Shown one piece after another: positions 1 through 10,978 of a stretch of 64,000 nucleotides of DNA. The stretch is from Penicillus capitatus. Its lineage: Eukaryota; Plantae; Chlorophyta. The stretch covers positions 124,001 through 188,000 of the forward strand of contig OZ287714.1 in assembly GCA_965649825.1 (NCBI GenBank), read 5' to 3'. Made by a program: the position numbers and the translations under genes. Under the pieces are notes generated by a model. It was not told where the DNA came from. It did not search any database and was given only the letters and a program-made list of their open reading frames with translations. Position 1 is the stretch's first letter, and every line of letters starts with the position of its first letter.

Positions 1-3000
1 TCACGCAGTTGCAGTCTGCTCAGAACGTCCGAACGGCAGCCCATGTGATCCAGCAGGTCACTGCTTTGCTGTCGGTCCTTGGCGCGGAAGACAAATGCTG
101 CCATCAGTGCACAATGCAGGCAGTCCCTTGCATCTGTCTGCGGATACCGGACCATCAGGTTTGTCGCGATGTCCAGGAATGTGACGAAATGTCTGAAGCT
201 GCACCTTCCTCCCTGCCTGTGCAGAAAGCTTCGGATTCTCAGACAGTAATCGCAGATGCCTTCGGCATGCTGTCGACAATGCTCGTCGCACAGGGAGCAT
301 CGCAGCATGGAGTGCAGGACGGAGCAGAACTTGCTGTCTGGCAGCCGTGCGGGATCGTCCACATGCACTGTGAGGAATCGGTTGGCCAGGGCGGCAGTCA
401 GTTCGTTCGACGAGCTGTCGTATCCTCTCGAAGCAACGCCCTTCGGAGTGTGCGTTGCGATGAACTGGAATCCTGCCGCAGGCCCCGGCACCTTGGACAC
501 CGTCCCATCTGCCAGGACGCGGCAACGCAGATTCTTCGTCTCCCCCTTCTCCGACAGGCAGAGGATCTTCGGCGACTCCAGTACGGGGTTGACGCGCTCC
601 TGCAGCACTGCCTCTGCTTGACCGATGTTGTCCACGATGCAGGCGCTGCCATCTTTGAAGGACCTTGTCAGCGGACCGTCCCTCCACTCTATGGCGATGT
701 CTTCACGGCTGTTCTCTTTGGGCAGGTGTTCTCCGAGCATGACGGAGGGTTCGCTCTCCGCGGTGAGCGTGACTTGCTCGTAGCGGTTTCTCAGGAGGAA
801 GGCGATCGTCTTCGCCAAACAGGTCTTGCCCGATCCAGCACATCCCTCGATCAGAATGGGCTGCTCGCTCCGCAGCGCATTGACCAGCGCCGTCAGCAAC
901 GCACATGTCTGATCATTGAGCGCCACGGGCATCTCCGGCACGACAGAGCCGCGGAAAGGCACGGAGGCTCGATCGACGTTCCACTTCGCCGCAAAGATGT
1001 CCAGGATGACCGTCCGGGCTTCGTCCGTCCTGAAAGCGGAGCAGTAGATCTCGGCGCCAAGTCGGCCTAACTCTTCCGGGCTGTCGCTTCTGAAGCACCC
1101 TGTCTGCAGGGCATCCGCTATCCACTGCGCCAACCAGAACTCGGAGAACGAACTGTACACCCCGTGACGTCGCATGAAGTCTGGATCGAGCACGGCTCGC
1201 GAGACATCTCCGTGGATGGACATGCATCGCTCGACCGTCTTGACGCTGTCGTCCGGCAATGCCTTTCCAGGGAAGTGTCTTTTCCAAAAGGCCCCCGCTT
1301 CGAATCCGCATCCCTGTCTGCCTTCCGATGTCAGAGCGCCGTATGCCTGCACCATTCTTTCGAAACTGGAAAGGGGTGTGCCCGACGGGGCGTTCTGCTG
1401 GCTGGCGGACAGGCCACTCTCGCTCAGGACGTCTCGAACCAGCTGCTGGCCGTCCTCCCTGAACCGGCTGCCGTAGATCAGCCATGCATAGTCGCCGAGC
1501 TCTTCGTCCGTCTTGGGCAGCTGTTCGGCGGTTGATATCATTGCTGTCCACATCAACAGCTCCCGGTTCGTGACGACGGTGTGGCTTCCCGTCTCGCAGC
1601 ACCTGCTCTGGATGGCTTCTCTGACGTCGCAATGGAAACCGGTCATCTTTCCTGCCACGGCGCGAATGAGATCCGTCTCTGCGCCTTCGAAGTGGCGATA
1701 CAGTGTCGACTGTACGATGTGATCCCACTCTTGCTTCGGCAGCTCCTTGAAGTGCACGACGGAGAACTGAGAGAAGAAGGCGTGGCTCATTCGCTCTCTC
1801 TTTCCAGCCTGCCACGGATTCTGGGTGGCAAACAGCCTGAAGTTTGGATGCTTCTTCAGAATGCGAGGAGGCGTCAGTGCAGAGCTCTGGTCGCAAAGCA
1901 CGATCTCGCCACTCTCCAATGCATCGACGACCACCTTGAGGGCGCTCTCCTCCGCCAGGTTCATCTCATCGAGCAGGACCCAGTCGCCTTTCTCGAAGCT
2001 CCTGGCGAAGGGCTGCACATCGAGCACGATCTGCCCGACGGGATCGAATGATATCTTCGCCAGAAAGTCCTCCGGAGAGAGATTCGAGGACATGTTGAGA
2101 CGGACCAATTCGACGCCCCTTCGGTCCGCCAGCTCCCTCAGAGTGGCCGTCTTCCCCACTCCAGATGCTCCGTAGAGCAGAACAGGGCGATCGTGCTCCA
2201 CGATCTCTTCGATCATCCGAATGTTCTCTTCTGTCGTCTCTGTTGGGATCAGAGATGCGGATCTCTCGCTGGAGCGATCGTCAGAGCCCTCCGTTGCGCC
2301 TTCCATCTCCGAAGGCGATAGGATCTCTTTTCTCAGTGACGCACTCGCCAGGTTTAGCTGACGACGACCGAACACGGCAACCATCTTCTTCATACCGTCC
2401 AACGACGCCGTGTCGACCTGGACAGTCTTGCCTTCCGGGAAGGTGGCCGAGAGGAACGGACGCATGTGTGTATCCTGCGAGGAGTCGGCCTCTTCTTCTG
2501 CTTCCGTTCCGCTATCCGTTCTCTCTTCGATGGCAAGATGCACCAGTTTCTTCAAATCTTCCGTCTGGATGTCGCTCTCATCTTTCTCCATGAGATCGAA
2601 GACTCTGTGCACCAGTTGACGGATGACACGACAGATAGCTCTTTTGTCTTCCGTAGGCTGTCTCTCCACGAATGCGACCAGCATGTCGAAGAAGGCGGTG
2701 TCAGAGATTGACCCGTCGGAAAAGGACGCATCGAAGGCGGCAGACAGCAGCTTCCTCATGACAGCATCCGATCGACGCAGGTCGGCCGTTATGGCCCGCA
2801 TTAACGGATCGAATTCGTCATCGGGCATTTCGAAATGAACGATGCCACGAGCAACAAGCGTCAGGGCTGGCTCGACGATCTCGGGATACAGGTTCAGCAG
2901 AAGGTACACCAGACGCGTCAAACAGAGAACCGTGTCGATGCTCTGCCCTCCGACGTCGCTCATCAGCTTAAGGAAGCGATCGCGCACCTCTGCCCATGTC

Positions 3001-4670
3001 GATTCCCCGATCTCCGCGTCCTGCAACGCTTGTTGTCCGTTGGCAGATTCCATCAGCCAGCTCAGCGCCAGACGAAGCCAGTCTCCTTCTTCGTCCTCGT
3101 GGCTCAGAAGAAGATCGACAAGCACGCGGACATCATCGATCCCTGGACGTTTCGTCCATCTCTTGATCATGTCCAGAGAACAGGAATTCTGGAGGGGCAC
3201 GCAGAAGTGCCCTCCGTTCTCCCGGGCCAGCTGCAACAGGCACGGAAAGACGCTGAACTGATCGTCCGCATAGTGGCAGTAACGGGAAAGGGACTCGAGC
3301 GTCGAGGACAGCTTCTCTGCATCTTTTTTCAGATGTGCCAAATCCGGATCGCGATGCAGGAAAAGGAACAAACTCCCCAGAGAATGAAACATGTCCGCAT
3401 CAAGACTCGCGACCGGTGGGAGTGCGACGTCGTCCGCAAAGAAAAAACGCAAGAGCGAAAGGCGTTCAAAGCGCCACTCCTTCTCTTTCTTGGTCTGAGG
3501 CTGAAACTGAGTGACGGATCTGAGACAGGCGTCTATGACATCTTGTGGAATCGAGTGACCGATGTTTCTGAGACAAAAAGACACAAATCCTGAGAAGCGC
3601 GCAATGGTAAGCACAGGGAGATCTCCAAAACGAAAAGATGATTGAAAAAGGTAGACAAGGATATCGAGCACCAGAGCGTCGTTCCTTTTCTCGGTGCTAC
3701 GAAGAGTGGAGCACAAGGCGTCAAACATCACGACGCCATCCGAGAAGAAGATAACGTCCAGGATTTTGCTGCGCAGTTGAGATTTGGCAAAGGCAGAAGA
3801 CGGATCGTAAACGTCCGAGAGACTTGAGATCAACCCGGCCACGTCGCGGAGAGACGTCAGCGACTTCAGTGCATCAACGATCAACGCGTCGGGCCTCTTT
3901 CTTGGACCAATCGTGCAACGACGGCCACGATCGTATCTTCCATCGCTCCACGTCAACTCCGTCGTTTCCTCTACAGAGATCTGCAGACACTGATCGGAGG
4001 GGATTCGCCCCTGTGAGATGGTCTTCACAACCAAAGGGCTGACAAAAAGCGTGAGAAGTTCAGGAGAACAGGCGATGTGTTGCAAGGCTCTTTGCTCCGC
4101 GTCCTGTCCCCGAGAGTCACTCGACGAGCCCGGCTGCGGCAAGTGCGTTCGCATTTCGCGCAGGGCCATTTCGACGAGACCCACGATGGCGTCGACCTCC
4201 TGTCCCGTGGACTGGGGAATGGACAGGAGTTCCAGCAGGATGCCCAGATCTGGCTGCTCGTTATGCTTTCTTTGTTCTTTTTTCCACTTTCCCACCGTCA
4301 CATCACCGACAGAGAGCTTCGATGCATTGTACTTTCGAGAAAACAGAAGGACGTCCCAGAAATCGCGTTGCGTTTCGGTATCCGTGCGACGGACGAACCA
4401 TTCAAGTACACGTGCCAAGGGTCCACACATGGCTCCCTTCTGTTCGAAAACGCGAACGGAGTAGGCGTAGACGATGCACCGCATGAGGGCTTTGGACCCG
4501 AGTTCCGTCAGCTCCTCGCTTCCAGCCTCGATGGAGCCATTGTCGATGAAGGACCTGACGGATTTGCGGGCGTCTTTGAGCGATTCCTGTTCCAAACGTC
4601 CGTCGACGGACGACTTGAGTGCGTTTTGGAGAAGGTCGAGTTCCAGCCATTTACTCGCCGGGCGCGACAT
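1..4670 (-). CDS. Giant midasin/Rea1-like multi-AAA+ ATPase, left copy (5' part; 3' end outside window)
   Basis: ATG at 4670 (MSRPASKWLELDLLQNALK). Mirrors 56662..61331 with no net indel. Contains AAA module 1 (GASGVGKT, WVLLDEMNLA) and module 2 (GCAGSGKT). No stop-terminated ORF in this frame appears in the track, implying it is open to the edge. Confidence 0.9.
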   Translation of the reverse strand, partial: MSRPASKWLELDLLQNALKSSVDGRLEQESLKDARKSVRSFIDNGSIEAGSEELTELGSKALMRCIVYAYSVRVFEQKGAMCGPLARVLEWFVRRTDTETQRDFWDVLLFSRKYNASKLSVGDVTVGKWKKEQRKHNEQPDLGILLELLSIPQSTGQEVDAIVGLVEMALREMRTHLPQPGSSSDSRGQDAEQRALQHIACSPELLTLFVSPLVVKTISQGRIPSDQCLQISVEETTELTWSDGRYDRGRRCTIGPRKRPDALIVDALKSLTSLRDVAGLISSLSDVYDPSSAFAKSQLRSKILDVIFFSDGVVMFDALCSTLRSTEKRNDALVLDILVYLFQSSFRFGDLPVLTIARFSGFVSFCLRNIGHSIPQDVIDACLRSVTQFQPQTKKEKEWRFERLSLLRFFFADDVALPPVASLDADMFHSLGSLFLFLHRDPDLAHLKKDAEKLSSTLESLSRYCHYADDQFSVFPCLLQLARENGGHFCVPLQNSCSLDMIKRWTKRPGIDDVRVLVDLLLSHEDEEGDWLRLALSWLMESANGQQALQDAEIGESTWAEVRDRFLKLMSDVGGQSIDTVLCLTRLVYLLLNLYPEIVEPALTLVARGIVHFEMPDDEFDPLMRAITADLRRSDAVMRKLLSAAFDASFSDGSISDTAFFDMLVAFVERQPTEDKRAICRVIRQLVHRVFDLMEKDESDIQTEDLKKLVHLAIEERTDSGTEAEEEADSSQDTHMRPFLSATFPEGKTVQVDTASLDGMKKMVAVFGRRQLNLASASLRKEILSPSEMEGATEGSDDRSSERSASLIPTETTEENIRMIEEIVEHDRPVLLYGASGVGKTATLRELADRRGVELVRLNMSSNLSPEDFLAKISFDPVGQIVLDVQPFARSFEKGDWVLLDEMNLAEESALKVVVDALESGEIVLCDQSSALTPPRILKKHPNFRLFATQNPWQAGKRERMSHAFFSQFSVVHFKELPKQEWDHIVQSTLYRHFEGAETDLIRAVAGKMTGFHCDVREAIQSRCCETGSHTVVTNRELLMWTAMISTAEQLPKTDEELGDYAWLIYGSRFREDGQQLVRDVLSESGLSASQQNAPSGTPLSSFERMVQAYGALTSEGRQGCGFEAGAFWKRHFPGKALPDDSVKTVERCMSIHGDVSRAVLDPDFMRRHGVYSSFSEFWLAQWIADALQTGCFRSDSPEELGRLGAEIYCSAFRTDEARTVILDIFAAKWNVDRASVPFRGSVVPEMPVALNDQTCALLTALVNALRSEQPILIEGCAGSGKTCLAKTIAFLLRNRYEQVTLTAESEPSVMLGEHLPKENSREDIAIEWRDGPLTRSFKDGSACIVDNIGQAEAVLQERVNPVLESPKILCLSEKGETKNLRCRVLADGTVSKVPGPAAGFQFIATHTPKGVASRGYDSSSNELTAALANRFLTVHVDDPARLPDSKFCSVLHSMLRCSLCDEHCRQHAEGICDYCLRIRSFLHRQGGRCSFRHFVTFLDIATNLMVRYPQTDARDCLHCALMAAFVFRAKDRQQSSDLLDHMGCRSDVLSRLQLR

Positions 4671-5540
4671 GGCAGATCTTACTGCTCACAGACAGAGAAA
4701 CCTTGTTAGATCTGGTGTGCGTTCGACAGAGAGGGCGTCACGTGAATGACGTCTTCGACAAAGCGGTTCGCCTTCGCACGCTCCGTTGACAAGGATGTTT
4801 GTTCGTGCGGGCTGACGGCTGTTCGTTCAACTAGAGAACGACTGGGGTTGGAAACGGTGATGTTGCTTAGGCGTTTATAACGACAATATATTAACGTTCG
4901 CAAAGACAGTTTCACCAGTGAAAGTTCGTCGTTTACACCGTCCCGAATGCACCAACGCGCCGTACGACTATGCCTTGGTTTTGGTTAGCTGCCCGAAGCT
5001 GAGCGTGACGTGACGTGGATGTTGAATGGCCTCGAGAGAAGACAACGTTATCTTCGGAAGAATGGAAGAGGGCTTCTCCTTAAGACGGTAAGGAAACGCC
5101 GTTCAAGTCGATATCGAACAGTGTCGCATTCAAGAGGCAGCACCAGCGCGACTGACTCAGCTGCTTGATGCCTTCTGATGGGAATGATTCTATCAGACAA
5201 GACGTCGTCATGTCTGAGAGATGTCACACTTGTTGAGGATAACGAACACTCTGCATGAAAGAGAACCTGTGTTCTCTGTTTGGACGCTTGCAGCGGCTCA
5301 TGTTTTACAACTGTGCTCAGGTTCATGCTTAATGTCCAAACCACATTCGACGTCAGACAACGGCAACGGTCCGGATGCGTATCTTTCCTGCGATCCATCC
5401 ACGCTGCTCGATGGTCCAATGCTACATTCGAGGCAGATCACATCGCTTCTGTTCAGGGCAATGGGGGACATCCCCTTCCATGAAGCGGCAGTGTCCATGA
5501 GAACCGTCAAATCGATCCATCCTGTCATCTTCGCTCTGCA
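4671..5540. promoter_or_regulatory. Bidirectional promoter region between the AAA gene and eIF3m (left arm)
   Basis: 870 bp between divergent ATGs. Short blocks are conserved with the right arm (GTTGCTTAGGCGTTTATAACGACAA, TTAACGTTCGCAAAGAC, CCAGTGAAAGTTCGTCGTTTA) amid substitutions and indels. Confidence 0.6.
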
Positions 5541-7172
5541 ATGAACAACTGTCTCTTCGAAGTTTCGGAGGAAGACTCGTTCTCTCTCGTCTTCAAGTAC
5601 ATCGCAGAGATTCTCGACGGCGGACAGGTGTCTCACCGCTCACTCGTCCAAGTCGAGATCTGACTGAGTCCGTAGACCGTCGATGCCGAGTCGAATTCGG
5701 CGGGAGGCCGCTTTCTCGCGTCCTTCTATCGTCTCGTCGAGAAAGACGCCGAGGCAGAAGAGGTACAGGTGCCCGAGGCGTCCATCCCCCAAATCCTGAC
5801 CCTGTTCGTCGAACAACTGCCCCTCCTCGTCGAGAAGGGCAGCGATGCCGACATCGAGAGTTGCATTCAGATCATCAACCATCATCTGCTGACGAAACTC
5901 GGCCCGGAAGATTCGAGCAGATTTGCTGTCTCCTTGGCCTCGGCCATCTCAGCGAATGTCACATCCGCATTGCTCCTAGCTCCTGCCCCATTCCCATCTG
6001 CATGCAGCACGAGACGAAGACGGAGACGCGGTTGGCGTGTTTGCTGCATCTGTACAATGCCTGCGCCCGCAACGACGATCAGTACAACGTCCTGATGAAG
6101 ACGATCGACTTTGCCATCTCCGCACGCGTGGCAGAGATCCTTGCGCCGATTGTCAAAGGTGGCAGTGCGCAACCTCGCTGTCGAACGGCCTCCGTCAGTC
6201 GTGTGCGGCAGATCACGCCGATGCTCTCGTGGAGAACTGGAAGCTCTCTCATGCGGCGGCCTCCAAGTTGTATCTGGGCATCGCTGTTTTGGTCCGTCAG
6301 AGCAAAGGTGCCTCGATCTGCCCACTCACTCAGGCTCATGTGCCGTTGGTCCCAATGCAGGAGACAAGGAGACACACATGCAGTCACTGGCATTGACGTC
6401 CAAAGCGCTCGCTTCTGTGGACGTGTGACCGACCCCTGGCGACTGCGTGGACCAATACACGCTGTGCATCTAGGCATCGGACAGTTCGGCCTGCAAGGAA
6501 ATGGCCGGCGAAGCTGCTGCCGCGGTCGCCGATTTCCTCAAATCGCCGAAGACCTTTTCGTGCGATCTTCTCGAACTGGCGCCCGTCAAGGCGCTGTCGA
6601 AGAATCCAACGCATCTCTACCTCCATCAGCTCTTCAGTGCCGTTGCCAGAGGACAGATTAATCAGGTCTCGCTCTTTTCGTTGTCCACATGTCCACTACA
6701 GATACGACTGACTGTGCCACAGCTGGAGACGGTCTGTCGGCCAGATCTGCTTCAAAGCCTCGGCATCACTCGCGAGGACTGCCTCGAAAAGACGCGGATG
6801 AGTGCTCTGCTCGGTTTGGCTAGAGCGACTGGCAACAAGCCCATTCTCTATGACCAAGTGGCGTCCGCTCTGCAAACAGAGAGGGAAGAGGTCGAGCAAT
6901 GGATCGTCAAGGCGACAGGTGCAAAACTCTTGTCGGCGCGCATCGATCAGATCCAGGAAGTCATCGTCGTTACCTCCTGCATCAGCAAAGGATTCGACGG
7001 TGCGTGTCAACCGTCATCCACCAAAGCCTCACAGTCTACATTCGACTCAGGGAGCGACTGGAAGAGACTAAAAGAGCAATTGACATCTTGGCACTCCATG
7101 TTGAAGGACATACAGCAGAAGATACACGAAGGCATGAATGCGGATGTCACTTCTTCTCTTCTGCATGTCTAA
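5541..7172 (+). CDS. EIF3M: Translation initiation factor eIF3 subunit M (PCI domain), spliced, left copy
   Basis: MNNCLFEVSEEDSFSLVFKYI | TVDAESN...; ETRLACLLHLYNA; FSCDLLELAPVKAL; EKTRMSALLGLA; EVEQWIVKATGAKLLSARIDQ PCI end; WKRLKEQLTSW. First intron 5628..5675. Ends NADVTSSLLHV*. Confidence 0.9.
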
Positions 7173-7634
7173 ACGCACGCCTAGCCTGTCAAAGAGATCC
7201 TCTAGACTGTGTGTTGTGCGATTTTATGGCCACGGGGTCACGGACCCAGGAAGAGTCTGGTATTGTAGGTCCACGTCACCACGTGGTTGTGACGTCAGAC
7301 ATGTACGGCCTTAACGTTTGCGCCACGTCTTCAGCGTCATTCTTGCTGTCCCATTATTTTTGAGGCATTCGACAAACCAAGATCGTGTGCTCGACCATTC
7401 CAAGTAAGAACGACCTGTTGTTCTTCTCTTTCTCCTTCTTTTCGACGACAGTGACGCTGACGCTGAGTTTGCTTGCTCTTCCAGACCCAACGTCTTGTCA
7501 TTCTTCGACTGCAACCATTCATGTTCTTCGCTGTTTCTCGATTTGTTATCTTTGGCTTTTTGACCTTTAGATGTTCTAGCTCTCTGAGTTCGCGCACTCG
7601 GCCTCTATTGAAAGAGCCTGTATCACCGTGAGGG

Positions 7635-9063
7635 ATGGACGAGGCGTCTGTTCACGAAACGCAATTATCTACGACGACAAGAGTCACGCGCAACGACGAG
7701 AACCATACGGCCGCCATTGATAACACGGACGACGGCAACACCATGCGTCCCCCGAGTTTTATGCGTTATCACCACTCGGTCTCGAGTCTGAGGGAGTCGC
7801 TCGCGACATCGCCGCCAAAACGCAGACCACGTCCTACAGCGATCCGACCGCGATGCTCTTGCCCGATCTACGGTGTACGTGCCAGTGCCGGACGCCGTGC
7901 TCGCATGGAAGACGCTGTATCTATTGTGGAGAATCTGTTGGAAGTCTCGCGTTCTGGCGGGTTCTGGAGATCCGATCGATCGAGACAAGACCATCATCTC
8001 AAACTTGAAGGCGTGAGTGGTAATGGCACTGTGTCGCCTCCTGTTCGACGTCTATCCCGGGAAAGCATCGAAACGGAAGTCTGTCACTTCTTCGGTGTCT
8101 ACGATGGACATAATGGACCCTACGCTGCACATCACTGTCGCGGACGATTGCATGAGAATCTCCGCGCCGCTTACATGGATCTTTGCTCTTCGGGTGAGAG
8201 CGATACCGAATCGGTGACGGTTGGAATGGATATGGGAATGACAGCAACAGCCAGTTCCGTGGATATGCAGGGATGGCCCTCTGCAGCGAATCATCTCTCT
8301 AGTGGTGAAGGATTGAGCAATGGAGCCACAAGTCGAATGTCGGCGACCGTGGCAAGCATGCCAACAGAGGAGGAGGTGTTCTTGGAGACATTCCGCAGAA
8401 CGGATCATCAGTTTTCGGAGTATCGATGTGCTGAGAGGGTCGGAACAACGGCATTGACTGCTCTCGTCGGAACAAACCACATCACTGTCGGCAGCTGCGG
8501 TCTGATCCCATAGACAGACGCTCTCATCATCTCACTCTTTGCGTATGTACAGGCGACTCGAGAGCAGTCATGTATCGTTCAGGCGAAGTCATTCAACTGT
8601 CGAATGATCATCGATTGGACAAGCTCGAAGAGAAGGTCCTGATGCTGTTGTGGTTTGCATGGGATGATGGGACAGCTCGTAGGCAAGGATCGAAAGCGCT
8701 GGGGGGAAGGTGACGTACTGGAATGGTCCCCGCGTTATGGGTGTATTGGCGATGTCCCGAGCCATTGGAGATTTGTGTTTTCGTCCATACGGTGTGATCT
8801 GTGACCCAGAAGTGGTGACGGTGCAGCGGACCGTCGAAGATGAATACTTACTGTTAGCTACAGATGGTCTCTGGGATGTGTTGACAAACGAGGAGGCATA
8901 TCGTATCATACGTCACACCATTGCGTCAAATCACGCTCAAGGCGCGAGCCTAGAAGAGTGTATTCAGAGTTCTGCGAATCGTCTGACACGCATCGCTCTA
9001 GACAGAGGCAGTCGTGATAACATTACCGTCATTCTGCTGGATCTGCAATCCGACGGTTACTAA
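7635..9063 (+). CDS. Protein phosphatase 2C, group-A-like, spliced
   Basis: GRRARMEDA, FFGVYDGHNG, GTTA, CG|DSRAV, GGKVTYWNGPRVMGVLAMSRAIGD, LATDGLWDV, GSRDNITV. Confidence 0.93.
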
Positions 9064-9548
9064 ACTCGAGCTTCATCCGATCCCTGCCTGCGACAAAGAG
9101 CTGTGTGTATTTGTAAATTGGTGAAAGAGTGATGTATGTCGGTGTGGTTTCTATGGCTGAGTTTTGCAGCTGTTAAACATGCTTCAGTTTTTGGAATCGT
9201 AATAATTCTTTTGTTCCGGAAGCGGATGAAGCTCTGATCGGTAACCCATCGACCCACGGACCGACCGACCCATCGACCAATCGATCAACGAACCATCAAA
9301 CAGACGTACAGACAGGAAGGGTGAACAGGGCTTGAGCATTTTTACACATTTTCTATCCGTCCAGTATTCGTGGAATGAAGAATGAGTTGGTTGTAACTCC
9401 CTGTCTTGGCGAATTTTAGTGATTCTGCCTCGAAATCTAGTATTTGTATTGGACCTTCGCATTCTCATCGCCAAATGTCCAATTTAGCTGACTCAAGAAT
9501 GATGTAAAGCTTTAATGAAATGCGCACGGATATATCGTATTGCGAGAA

Positions 9549-10848
9549 ATGACGTTACTGGGCACTGGAAGTATTCATCTCCAAGGGCGTGTCGCCCGGG
9601 TAACGGACGCCGTGCGGAAAACAGATTGCTGAAGTGGTTGGAGGTTTGGACAGGCGCCGAAGAAGCAGACGACGGGGGATGGCACGCAGCAATGCCAGAA
9701 CTGCCTTCAAGTCCGGAAGCGCAAAGCATCGACCAGCGTTCACGCTGTTTGTTTGTGCAGTACGGGCACTGGACATACGAATGCGCTAACAAACGCCTTT
9801 ACAAAGCACGTCCTTCGAGAACGAAACAGCTTCAGGATCCAAAAGTGGACAGGCACGATGAATCCTCTGCAGAAAAGCGAACTGGATGTGTTCTTAGTGT
9901 CGGCCGAAGTTCTTACAGGCACGGGAATTGCTGAAAGAAGAGAATCCAGAAGCGTTGGAGAGTTCATCACCCGAACCGGCAGCAGAAGAAGCACCAGCAA
10001 TAGAGAAACGTGCACACAGCTTTGCCTCGATAATGTTCATAGCTAACAGGATTTCTGTGTTTGTCTGTGTAGCATCGTCTCCTTCATCTAAAGCGCCGAT
10101 GACGGATGCGTCTGAATCTGACAGCGAAACGTCTTCTTCATCAGACTCTGATAGTTCGTCTGGAGAGAGCGATGACAGTTCATCGTCGGAGAGCAGCAGC
10201 AATGCATCGTCGTCGTCATCGGACGATATCTCATCGTCCGATTCTTCGGCATCTCTCTCTTCGTGTGTGGACGCCGAAGTACAGAAGAAATCTTTCCATC
10301 CGAAAGAAGCGGTGTCGAAAATGCCACCCACTCGGTCAATCGACGCGCAGGATGCCCAACGAGAAGCTGATCGGCGACAGAGCTCAAGAATCGGGTTTAG
10401 ACATGAGGCACGTCAACGGTCGCCTGATGGCAATTACGGAGAGAGAAGGCCCATGGAAGACAGACGATACCAGAGAAGAACCATGGTGGAAGATCGACGA
10501 TACAGAGAGCCAGATGTTCATCCCCAACGTGCCCACCTTATCCGACACCGCCAGCATTCTCCGGAGAATCTCCGCGCGATGCCTCGAGGGACACGAAATC
10601 GTTCCAGGAGTCGAACGCCAGATCGAAGAAGATCGTATCGAGAGGTGAAGCACAGAAGGCCGTTTATCGAAATGGATCGAAGTGAGGATGACGTCCGAAG
10701 ATTCCGAAAGACAGATGGAAGACACGACACCCCAAGTGAAGCGTCGTCGTCTTTTTCTGCACGTCGTTTTGGCAAGAAGAGAAGAAGACATGATACGTCT
10801 AGTCCTTCGTCCATCGATCAAAAGAGACCCTCGAGAAAACAACGATAG
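9549..10848 (+). CDS. Zinc-knuckle protein (ZCCHC10-like) with Ser-rich and Arg/Asp-rich tail; start approximate
   Basis: Spliced CQNCLQ|YGHWTYEC..KRLYKARPSRTKQL, then poly-Ser/Asp and RS-like regions. Confidence 0.75.
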
Positions 10849-10978
10849 ATTTCTCAATCTTATGAGGCGTTTGTAGCCATCTGCCTGACGTGACGTTTCC
10901 AGGATAGTTGTCGTACATCGAACCAGAAGATACGAAATTATTCAACGCATTCCGTTTGCTGCTCGTCACTTTCTCTCG

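Larger units (their letters stand above)
1..7144. repeat. Left arm of a large inverted duplication (extends beyond window start)
   Basis: Reverse complement of 54182..61331. Mirrored coordinates sum to 61332 over 1..4670 (58..687 vs 60645..61274) and to 61325/61326 over eIF3m. Identity stops abruptly after ...GGCATGAATGCGGA at 7144. Confidence 0.98.

Noticed and set aside
9-4749. Many long ORFs in the track across both repeat arms (e.g. 9..1070 +, 913..1896 -, 59436..60419 +, 61090..61785 -)
   Set aside because: They are antisense or off-frame shadows of the giant AAA ORF and carry no motifs of their own.
7311-7597. Short charged ORFs on the minus strand between eIF3m and PP2C
   Set aside because: Purine-rich low-complexity sequence giving several equally weak frames; likely UTR or promoter.
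9184-9474. Minus-strand ORF with GACC/GATC-rich low-complexity stretch (9245..9300)
   Set aside because: No family match under any splice option tried; the repeat is short and irregular, not CRISPR-like.
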